A stretch of DNA of 20,000 bases from an uncultured virus (IMG/VR IMGVR_UViG_3300025647_003907). Its lineage: Duplodnaviria; Heunggongvirae; Uroviricota; Caudoviricetes. This document shows positions 8,837 through 15,516 of the stretch, piece after piece. The position numbers and the translations under genes were made by a program. The stretch lies in IMG/VR virus record IMGVR_UViG_3300025647_003907; one strand, written 5' to 3'. Positions within the stretch are counted from its first letter, which is position 1; the number at the start of each line of letters is the position of its first letter. The notes beneath the pieces were generated by a model, which saw only the letters and a program-made list of their open reading frames with translations, did no database searches and was not told where the DNA came from.

Positions 8837-8854
8837 TGTTGTATTTTTACAACA
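8837..8854. promoter_or_regulatory. Palindromic operator candidate
   Basis: TGTTGTA-TTTT-TACAACA perfect 7-bp inverted repeat, centred about -64 from the predicted start of the consensus promoter. Confidence 0.55.
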
Positions 8855-8861
8855 ACATGCG

Positions 8862-9092
8862 CTAGATCATTGAATATAGTAGTTTTTCTGCTACACTATC
8901 TCCGTAATTTTTCTTTAGATCACGCTTAATACCTCCCCAGTCTGCCCAGATTGGGTAGCGAGCAATAGTGTTATTATTAATAATACAGCGAAGTTTATCA
9001 CGGCTAACTGCGTTAAATTCGTTGTTGTGCTGGGCTTCGGCCAAGACGGTATCCCAACCACGGTTAAAAACGGTGGCAAAGTCATAATTCAT
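8862..9092 (-). CDS. Phage hypothetical protein (76 aa)
   Basis: SD AGGAGG upstream; TAAATA motif at 9134-9139 on the minus strand. Confidence 0.75.
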   Translation of the reverse strand: MNYDFATVFNRGWDTVLAEAQHNNEFNAVSRDKLRCIINNNTIARYPIWADWGGIKRDLKKNYGDSVAEKLLYSMI

Positions 9093-9160
9093 TTCTAATG
9101 GTTCCTCCTAGGTTAAAAGAATATTAACAACCGTATTTACACATATTTGTCCAGAATAGG

Positions 9161-9189
9161 TTGATAACTACGTTATTTTTTCTTATAAT
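9161..9189 (+). promoter_or_regulatory. sigma70 promoter of the decarboxylase operon
   Basis: TTGATA (9161-9166)-17 nt-TATAAT (9184-9189). Confidence 0.75.
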
Positions 9190-9222
9190 AATGTACATAC
9201 TTTAAAATTTTTTAATATTCTA

Positions 9223-9230
9223 TATAAATA
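9223..9230 (+). promoter_or_regulatory. T4-type late promoter consensus TATAAATA
   Basis: Exact TATAAATA 77 nt upstream of ATG 9308; the surrounding DNA is AT-rich, so a chance match is possible. Confidence 0.55.
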
Positions 9231-9308
9231 GAATAACTTTTTGTCTACATTTCGATTCGCGTCGGGGTGTGGATTTTTTTATTCTGAAATAAAAGGATGT
9301 AAAAACAA
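9230..9308 (+). promoter_or_regulatory. Structured 5' leader (terminator-like hairpin or alternative anti-SD helix)
   Basis: Stem 9243-9256/9261-9274 with several G-U pairs folds only on the + strand and is followed by T7 (9274-9280). An outer helix AGAATAA (9230-9236)/TTATTCT (9279-9285) is also possible. Confidence 0.55.
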
Positions 9309-9601
9309 TGGAAGCGAAAATGTGGAACGCTCAAGGTTGGGAAACTATTGATACTAAAACAGATTCTCAGCTCGAAAGCGAATATACGGAAATGTTAAAC
9401 GAAGCAGGCTTTAATGTACTAAATTTCGTAGAACATACCTTTGAGCCATTTGGCTGGACAGCACTATGGCTTTTGAGCGAGTCGCATTTTGCGATTCATA
9501 CGTTCCCAGAAGAAAACAAATACTACTGGGAATTAAGTTCGTGCATCGAACAAAAATACGTTGATTTCATCAGAACTAAAGGAGCACATGATGGCGTTTG
9601 A
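9308..9601 (+). CDS. speD: S-adenosylmethionine decarboxylase-like pyruvoyl proenzyme (short form)
   Basis: HTFEPFGWTALWLLSESHFAIHTFPEE carries the E|SH autocleavage site and HTFPE; ELSSC supplies the catalytic-Cys position. Confidence 0.85.
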   Translation: MEAKMWNAQGWETIDTKTDSQLESEYTEMLNEAGFNVLNFVEHTFEPFGWTALWLLSESHFAIHTFPEENKYYWELSSCIEQKYVDFIRTKGAHDGV

Positions 9602-9956
9602 ATATTGGGGTTACCACGTTATGTTGGATTGCCGCGCAGGCAAAGTTGATCGTGTTCGTGATGGTGAGAATATCAAGGCGTTTGCCAAGGAACTAGTTGA
9701 CGCAATTGACATGAAGGCTTTTGGTGAGCCAATTGTCGAACACTTTGCTACACACAATCCAGAAGCAGCAGGTTACAGCTTGCTACAACTAATTGAAACT
9801 TCTAACATTGCTGGACATTTTGTAGATAAGAATGGTGATTTTTATCTAGACGTTTTTAGTTGTAAAACTTTTGATTATGAGATTGTTAAGCAAGTTGCTG
9901 TAAAATACTTTGATCCAGAAAACATCAAAGTCATTTACATGACACGTCAAGCGTAA
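9588..9956 (+). CDS. speD: Second AdoMetDC-fold pyruvoyl-dependent decarboxylase proenzyme (substrate uncertain)
   Basis: WGYHVMLDC, GYSLLQLIETSNIAGHF (T|SN in place of E|SH) and YLDVFSCK. SD AAGGAG at 9579-9584 favours ATG 9588 or 9591; overlaps the first gene's end. Confidence 0.75.
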   Translation: MMAFEYWGYHVMLDCRAGKVDRVRDGENIKAFAKELVDAIDMKAFGEPIVEHFATHNPEAAGYSLLQLIETSNIAGHFVDKNGDFYLDVFSCKTFDYEIVKQVAVKYFDPENIKVIYMTRQA

Positions 9957-9960
9957 AAAC

Positions 9961-9984
9961 AAAAAGCCCCGCTAGGGGCTTTTT
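9961..9984. terminator. Bidirectional intrinsic terminator
   Basis: AAAAAGCCCC-GCTA-GGGGCTTTTT between the convergent decarboxylase and porin genes. Confidence 0.9.
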
Positions 9985-10011
9985 GTTATTTTGATATAAT
10001 GTAAGTTATAA

Positions 10012-10860
10012 TTAAAACTTGTGTTTCATACCAATTAGATATGTATTATCGCCAACATTTACGTCTTTATAACCAACATATACACGTGTCTTCTTAGAGA
10101 AGTTATGCTGTAATTCAACATTGATAGTGTCAGCAGCTTCGCTTTTGTTCTGCATGCCTACAATAATCTTATTCTTGCCAATGTCATGTTGAAGAACGGC
10201 TGTCTTAGATACAACCTTGTTGGTACCGTCGTTTTCGTCCATGCTTTCGTACAATGCACCAATTCGCGTAGTACCAAACTTAACATTGCCACCGACGCCA
10301 TAGTAATCATTATCGTTGACCTTGTCTTTATTTACAGTAGCAAACAATTTAGCTGGCCCAACAGGTACACCTACCATTGCTGCGGTTGAATCGGCACCTT
10401 TTTCGCCGCCTGCGTCATAAATTTGCGCTACAGCATATTCGATGCCATTTACATTGCCAAGTACCTTGACTTGAGAATCGGGCCGAGTTCCAATCTGACC
10501 AGTGTAGCTCTGACCTTCGTACCAGTCAATGGTTTGATTATATACGTGTTTTGGAGCACTTAGATCCTTGCCGGCTTGGATAGCAAGAGTATCGGTACCG
10601 AGACCAACATACGATTCGCGAACAACTGCGGTATCGCCGGTTTCGGAATCGATATCCCATAAAACAATACCGTATGCTCGCATCCCGTTGCCAAGATCTT
10701 CGCTCATTTTAACACCAACACGAGTGTCAGCAGATTTTTGATCCCAGGATCCTCCAGTATTAACCAACTGCTGTTCAACCTGACCGATCACTTTGCTGTC
10801 GGCATATACTGCGTTAGAGATTGCTAGCCCAGCGGCTAGCGCAATTAATGTTTTTTTCAT
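10012..10860 (-). CDS. Outer-membrane porin (Gram-negative beta-barrel), copy 1
   Basis: Sec signal MKKTLIALAAGLAISNAVYA; TRVGVKMSEDLGNGM, RESYVGL and HNFSKKTRVYVGY; C-terminal GMKHKF with terminal Phe (BAM signal); SD AAGGA. Confidence 0.9.
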   Translation of the reverse strand: MKKTLIALAAGLAISNAVYADSKVIGQVEQQLVNTGGSWDQKSADTRVGVKMSEDLGNGMRAYGIVLWDIDSETGDTAVVRESYVGLGTDTLAIQAGKDLSAPKHVYNQTIDWYEGQSYTGQIGTRPDSQVKVLGNVNGIEYAVAQIYDAGGEKGADSTAAMVGVPVGPAKLFATVNKDKVNDNDYYGVGGNVKFGTTRIGALYESMDENDGTNKVVSKTAVLQHDIGKNKIIVGMQNKSEAADTINVELQHNFSKKTRVYVGYKDVNVGDNTYLIGMKHKF

Positions 10861-10899
10861 AATAAATTTCCTTTTAATATTTTTGCATGATGCGGTACA

Positions 10900-10928
10900 A
10901 CTATAACATTATAGTAATAAAAATTCAA
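10900..10928 (-). promoter_or_regulatory. sigma70 promoter for porin copy 1
   Basis: TTGAAT-17 nt-TATAGT on the minus strand, overlapped by the palindrome ACTATAA-CA-TTATAGT (10900-10915). Confidence 0.65.
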
Positions 10929-10947
10929 GTGTTTTGGTAAAATTGCT

Positions 10948-10963
10948 AGTGAATATAATCACA
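10948..10963 (-). promoter_or_regulatory. CRP-family binding site candidate
   Basis: Minus strand TGTGA-TTATAT-TCACT matches 9/10 of TGTGA-N6-TCACA and is centred about -62 from the predicted porin TSS. Confidence 0.55.
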
Positions 10964-11066
10964 TACAAGACGGCGTTATATTGTATTACAATAGTAAAAG
11001 AGTAATTACTCTAAGCGTCGATATAGATCTTGGCGCCTAGCGGCGCTGCCAGAAATATTTAGTCAT

Positions 11067-11099
11067 AAAAAAAGGTGCTAGAAAATTTCTAGCACCTTT
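11067..11099 (-). terminator. Intrinsic terminator after porin copy 2
   Basis: Minus strand AAAGGTGCTAGAAA-T-TTTCTAGCACC-TTTTTTT: long perfect stem with a U7 tail. Confidence 0.9.
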
Positions 11100-11119
11100 A
11101 TAAATCTAAGTTTTTAAAC

Positions 11120-11956
11120 TTAGAAGTTTACACGCATACCAACCATGGTAACTGCTTCGCTGTTATCTGCGTCAGTGTCGCTGTAGTTAACATATGCACT
11201 TGTGTTCTTAGAGAAGTTATGAACACCTTCAACAACATAAGTTTGAACACCATTTTCAACATCTTCAATACCGGCCTTAACTGTATTATTGCCTGCGGCA
11301 AGTGAAGCAACTGCTGACATAGTTACGTCGTCGTTAGCTGCAATTTCGTAAGTACCGGCTAGGTAAAGGTTAGCAACATTTGCTGAAGCACCGAACAATG
11401 TAGTATCGTCGCCTGTGGTTTCGTTTTTGTTGTAAACACCAAGTACAGTGGCAGGGCCAACATTAGCACTTGCCATTAACTGATACGCATCATAAGTATC
11501 TTCGCCGCCAGCGTCGACGATAGCAACACCGCCTAGTGTAACACCACCGACTGAACCCATAACACGCACTGCTGAATCAGCGCGGTCAGCGCCGTCTGCT
11601 GTTAATGAAGTACCTTCAAAGATATCTGTAGTTGCATCATCTGCTGCGTCTAAGAAGTTAATTTGACGACCAGCTTGTACATTAACACTACCAAAGTTAA
11701 TACCAACAAATGAATCGCGAACAGTTGCGTTGCTACCTGATTCTGAAGCCATGTCCATTGAAATTTCGGCATATGCTGATGCACCGTTACCAAGGTCTTC
11801 GTTTGCACGGAAGCCGATAAAGTTGTCATCACTGGCCGAAGTCCAAGCACCGTTTTCTTTTACCAGGCGTTGTTCAACTGAACCATATACAGTAGCATCA
11901 GCTGATGCTGTGCCCATTGCGCTCGCTAGAGCTAATGCGATTAAGGTCTTTTTCAT
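11120..11956 (-). CDS. Outer-membrane porin (Gram-negative beta-barrel), copy 2
   Basis: Signal MKKTLIALALASAMGTASA|DATVYG; FIGFRANEDLGNG, RDSFVG and HNFSKNTSAYVNY; C-terminal VGMRVNF; SD GGAG. Confidence 0.92.
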   Translation of the reverse strand: MKKTLIALALASAMGTASADATVYGSVEQRLVKENGAWTSASDDNFIGFRANEDLGNGASAYAEISMDMASESGSNATVRDSFVGINFGSVNVQAGRQINFLDAADDATTDIFEGTSLTADGADRADSAVRVMGSVGGVTLGGVAIVDAGGEDTYDAYQLMASANVGPATVLGVYNKNETTGDDTTLFGASANVANLYLAGTYEIAANDDVTMSAVASLAAGNNTVKAGIEDVENGVQTYVVEGVHNFSKNTSAYVNYSDTDADNSEAVTMVGMRVNF

Positions 11957-11971
11957 TGTAAAATCTCCAAT

Positions 11972-12385
11972 TTAAATTTTATGTGTTTTAACTCCGGCTT
12001 TCTTTAATAATTGCAAGCCATCGTTGTTTCTATATTCTATTTCAAAATGCACTTCGGTTATACCCGATTGTATTATTAATTTTGCGCATTCAACGCATGG
12101 AGCATGGGTACAGAACATAGTACTACCCTCGCCTGACTCTACACTTCGTGCAAGTTTGGTAATAGCATTGCTTTCTGCATGCATTACCTCAGGCTTTGTA
12201 ACGAGTTCACCATCTACGTAGTGTTCACACTCGTTGCTCCATCCACTTGGTGTGCCATTATATCCAATAGAAATAATTCTATCGTCTTTAACAATAATAG
12301 CACCTACTTTAAGTCTTTGTGCGGTGCTGCACTCTGCAAACGCATGTGCAGTCTTCATATAAGCATTGATTAACTTTTGCTTCAT
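11972..12385 (-). CDS. dCMP deaminase (ComEB/T4 cd family)
   Basis: KVGAIIVKDDRIISIGYNGTPSG, zinc motifs HAESNAI and THAPCVEC. Confidence 0.93.
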   Translation of the reverse strand: MKQKLINAYMKTAHAFAECSTAQRLKVGAIIVKDDRIISIGYNGTPSGWSNECEHYVDGELVTKPEVMHAESNAITKLARSVESGEGSTMFCTHAPCVECAKLIIQSGITEVHFEIEYRNNDGLQLLKKAGVKTHKI

Positions 12386-12463
12386 TATTATTTAGCTATT
12401 TAAGGAAATACTAACGCATTTTTTCCGCATTTCTACTAATATATATCAGTAGAACTACTAATA

Positions 12464-13372
12464 TTACAAAAAATAAACCTGATGTACGTGTTGGTGTGTT
12501 TTAATTTGATCTAATATCTGTTGATCTGACAAAGTTGTGTTTAGCTTTGCAACTGGAATAAATCCTGGACGCAATCGATCGTCGTTAATTGAAACTCCAT
12601 GGTTTTTAAAAAACTCTTGGTATTTTATAAAGTAATTTTTTATTCCGTGTTCCGTTTGATCAATTTCGTGTTGATCATAATTGTAGAATCTAATTCCAAA
12701 ATCAGCACTAAAGTAATTAAACGGTTTAAATGCTTCGTTTCCAGCATGCGCATTATTTCCTAATTCATCGTCTCTCCAAAAGTCTTCTAGTGTCTTGCCA
12801 ATTTCAACATAATTAATATAAACCGTTCCAAATTCATAACGGTTGGTTAATAATTTAAAATCTTCTGCTTTAAATTTGTGTTTTTTTGGCAGACCAAAAT
12901 AAGTTACGACAAAACGAGGTTTGTTAGATCGATACACAGTTTCGCAGCGATGGACATGAATGTTTAGATTAGCTAGTGCTTTTCTAACATTTTTCGGAGC
13001 ATTGATCCAAAAATCATGTGTTTGCTGATCTAGCAGACCGTGGTAATCTTCGAATATTTTATGAAGATAATTTAATGTATTTTGATCTGAGATATCTTCT
13101 AAATGTCTATCAATTATAGGTTGATATGAGTTAATAATGTCAATATCACCATTAATTAATTTTAGTGCCTTTTTTGTTTCGTATTCGATATTATCAAAAC
13201 CATAAAACCGTTCTCGGTCATCTATTGCATAGCGTAATCTTTGAGCCGCCTTAACTTTTTTAATCCAGCGTTGAGTAATATTATTTTCTAATAATAAGTC
13301 AAAGGTTAATTTAAATATATCGTTGGATCGGTTATCGAGTAGCTCGATAACCAACTTGTTTGACTTTGTCAT
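12464..13372 (-). CDS. Hypothetical protein with His/Glu helical motifs (AT-rich gene)
   Basis: 302 aa uninterrupted ORF with LNYLHKIFEDYHG, LNIHVHRCE and YINYVEIGK; TAAATA lies immediately upstream (13379-13384). Confidence 0.8.
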   Translation of the reverse strand: MTKSNKLVIELLDNRSNDIFKLTFDLLLENNITQRWIKKVKAAQRLRYAIDDRERFYGFDNIEYETKKALKLINGDIDIINSYQPIIDRHLEDISDQNTLNYLHKIFEDYHGLLDQQTHDFWINAPKNVRKALANLNIHVHRCETVYRSNKPRFVVTYFGLPKKHKFKAEDFKLLTNRYEFGTVYINYVEIGKTLEDFWRDDELGNNAHAGNEAFKPFNYFSADFGIRFYNYDQHEIDQTEHGIKNYFIKYQEFFKNHGVSINDDRLRPGFIPVAKLNTTLSDQQILDQIKTHQHVHQVYFL

Positions 13373-13381
13373 TGAAAATAT

Positions 13382-13540
13382 TTATCGGCGAACTTTACTG
13401 ACTTGTTCCATTTTGGCTAGAACTTGTTCGATTGTGGCTGGATATGCAATAGGTTTGTTATTTTTGTATACAGCAAAGGTGCCGTGTTTTTCGTTTTCGT
13501 AGAAATTGTATTTGTGAACTGAGCCCAAGAATTTAAGCAC
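13382..13540 (-). CDS. Small phage hypothetical protein (52 aa)
   Basis: SD AGGAG 6 nt before GTG 13540 (MLKFLGSVHKYNFYE...), preferred over the track's TTG start at 13579. Confidence 0.7.
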   Translation of the reverse strand: MLKFLGSVHKYNFYENEKHGTFAVYKNNKPIAYPATIEQVLAKMEQVSKVRR

Positions 13541-13600
13541 GATAACTCCTGATAAGAAAAGCAACGTGGTATTTACCAACCACGTAATAAAACTGTAACA

Positions 13601-13891
13601 TTACAGTTCTTTTTGGACTCCTCTCACCACGTACTTGCCATAACGATACAGTGCTTCAATTCCTGCACCAAAATCACTACCGTTTGGTAGTTCTTCAAAC
13701 TTTTTCTTACCGGGGTATTTTACCTGATACGTCTCGGATTTATCATCAAACTTAATTGAGATATCCAAAAACTTTACGGCTTCTGCAACTGCTTCAACCA
13801 TTGTATCTGTATTGATAGCAAGTCCTTTGTGTTCTGCACTATCGTAATAACTATCTAATACATAACTTCTTTTAAATGTTCTGTTTACCAT
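13601..13891 (-). CDS. Phage hypothetical protein (about 96 aa)
   Basis: ATG 13891 (MVNRTF) preferred over TTG 13945; the start remains uncertain. Confidence 0.65.
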   Translation of the reverse strand: MVNRTFKRSYVLDSYYDSAEHKGLAINTDTMVEAVAEAVKFLDISIKFDDKSETYQVKYPGKKKFEELPNGSDFGAGIEALYRYGKYVVRGVQKEL

Positions 13892-13982
13892 TATACTGTT
13901 GTTCCATATAAATGACGTGCTAAAAACCAAGCACGTTCGTGACAAATACCTCTACCACGTAATTGATTGTATAATAGCAGCA

Positions 13983-14303
13983 TTAGGTTAAAATTAAATA
14001 ACGAGATAATGCAATACTATCAATGAAAGTAAGCAGCAAATAATTTGCCAGCATACCAAATGAGCCGCGAGTCCATGCTGCCCACAAATACATCAAGTGT
14101 CCAGTAATCCAAATTACATACATTGGAACCCACGGGCTATTTGGAAGTGTAAGTGCCATGAGAATGGCCATACCAATACTAATAGCCCAGGCCATTACTT
14201 CAATTACAAAACGTGTTGGATCACTTTGCCAATCGTTTTGAATCCAACGCCATGCTTCTGCTAATACTGTGTCAACGGTAAGCGGTTGTCTAACTGTGTT
14301 CAT
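13983..14303 (-). CDS. Small membrane protein (about 3 TM segments)
   Basis: ATG 14303 overlaps the upstream TGA. Hydrophobic segments FVIEVMAWAISIGMAILMALTL, WVPMYVIWITGHLMYLWAAW and FGMLANYLLLTFIDSIAL. Confidence 0.8.
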   Translation of the reverse strand: MNTVRQPLTVDTVLAEAWRWIQNDWQSDPTRFVIEVMAWAISIGMAILMALTLPNSPWVPMYVIWITGHLMYLWAAWTRGSFGMLANYLLLTFIDSIALSRYLILT

Positions 14304-14710
14304 CGTGCTAATCCTGCAATAACTTGATAACGATCCCATGCTTCTTGTACTGCCGGGTGCTGTTTTAATTCATCTTCGGGCACAACTGTGTCTAACCAAT
14401 GATAAGGCATGCGTTGAGGGTTAGCACCAAACTGTCGCGGTTGATGTATTTTACCTGCATCATAAAGTTGAACAGCAACATTTCGATACATGGCATTTAC
14501 TTCATCATCGTCAGTGCCCGGTTCAGCATCTTCCCATTCGGGTTTACTCCACCCGCCACGATAACGATAACCGCTCCAGATCTCTTCCCACTGCATGTTG
14601 TCGTGTGGATCAAAGTCTGTTCGAGCAATGATTACAAGTACATCTTCAAACTGAACACGTGCTTCAACGATGTCTCGCAAACAACGACTAAATGATAATC
14701 CTATTTTCAT
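14300..14710 (-). CDS. Phage hypothetical protein
   Basis: 136 aa, ATGA-coupled on both sides. Confidence 0.8.
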   Translation of the reverse strand: MKIGLSFSRCLRDIVEARVQFEDVLVIIARTDFDPHDNMQWEEIWSGYRYRGGWSKPEWEDAEPGTDDDEVNAMYRNVAVQLYDAGKIHQPRQFGANPQRMPYHWLDTVVPEDELKQHPAVQEAWDRYQVIAGLAR

Positions 14711-14949
14711 TGATCTACAAATTGTTCAGGCATAGCAGCACGAAAATCGTTTGCTGCTTCTATGCATTTAAAATGAAATGTATGCTCGTACACATCGGTG
14801 TATTCGGTCATACTCCAGTTTTGCCGCTCTAGCCATTTGCGACACCAGTCTTTGCCTTGTATATGTAAGTCCGAGTGTAGTCTTACGGTATACCCAGGCT
14901 TCCACTGTTGTTTGTATTCAAAAATTTCCTGCGGCGTCATTTCAGCCAT
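14707..14949 (-). CDS. Phage hypothetical protein
   Basis: ATG 14949 (or 14940) near the upstream stop; Trp-rich, ending YEHTFHFKCIEAANDF... Confidence 0.75.
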   Translation of the reverse strand: MAEMTPQEIFEYKQQWKPGYTVRLHSDLHIQGKDWCRKWLERQNWSMTEYTDVYEHTFHFKCIEAANDFRAAMPEQFVDQ

Positions 14950-15139
14950 TGTTAAACCCAAGATGTTCTTTAATAGCCCAACTCATTCGGTGTTTGAATG
15001 CTGGATCAACGTCTTGCGATTCTACAATTCTAGCACACTCTTCTACAACAAGTCTAGCGAAATGTTCTTCGTTTAATAATTTTACACCAAGAATATCTTC
15101 GGTGGCCTGTGTTTTTAGTTCGTTAAGTTTTTCGTTCAT
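14942..15139 (-). CDS. Small phage hypothetical protein
   Basis: SD GAGGAG and ATGA overlap; core EHFARLVVEECARIV. Confidence 0.75.
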   Translation of the reverse strand: MNEKLNELKTQATEDILGVKLLNEEHFARLVVEECARIVESQDVDPAFKHRMSWAIKEHLGFNNG

Positions 15140-15516
15140 TTATCAATCTCCTCAGCCCATTGAATTTTTGGATTTGTTTTTTCGTACATGTCAATTAGAT
15201 GGGTAAATTTCCAAATATCATCGGTCTCTAATGTGTCCAACCATTCTGTAAGTCTATGCCAGTCTTCCGCACGCATTGGGGCAAGACTATATTCTAGGCC
15301 GTATGGTTCACCAGGCACGCCACGAATGTCGATACGACCGCCAGCATAATGTGTTGTTATTTCTTCTGCAAGATAACTTTCACCAATATCCATTTTACGC
15401 AGATTAGCAACAAATTCGGATTCTACTTTTTTCCAAACTTGTTGAGTGAGACCGCGCTCACGATACCAGTCTAGAGAAATCGGTCCCATCCAGTTAGTCG
15501 AATAACTTATAGCCAT
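15136..15516 (-). CDS. Phage hypothetical protein
   Basis: ATG 15516 (MAISYSTNWMGP) overlaps the upstream TGA. Confidence 0.78.
   Translation of the reverse strand: MAISYSTNWMGPISLDWYRERGLTQQVWKKVESEFVANLRKMDIGESYLAEEITTHYAGGRIDIRGVPGEPYGLEYSLAPMRAEDWHRLTEWLDTLETDDIWKFTHLIDMYEKTNPKIQWAEEIDK

Noticed and set aside
9541..9601. Programmed frameshift fusing the two decarboxylases, or a split pseudogene
   Set aside because: Each ORF has its own cleavage motif and catalytic Cys, and gene 2 has a strong SD (AAGGAG), so independent translation is the simpler explanation.
10186..12373. Short ORFs overlapping the porin and dCMP deaminase genes
   Set aside because: They are shadow frames expected from biased codon usage in the real genes.
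12431..12454. Hairpin TTCTACTGAT-ATAT-ATTAGTAGAA after the 302-aa gene as a terminator
   Set aside because: The stem is AT-rich and there is no U-tract on the sense strand; too weak to call.
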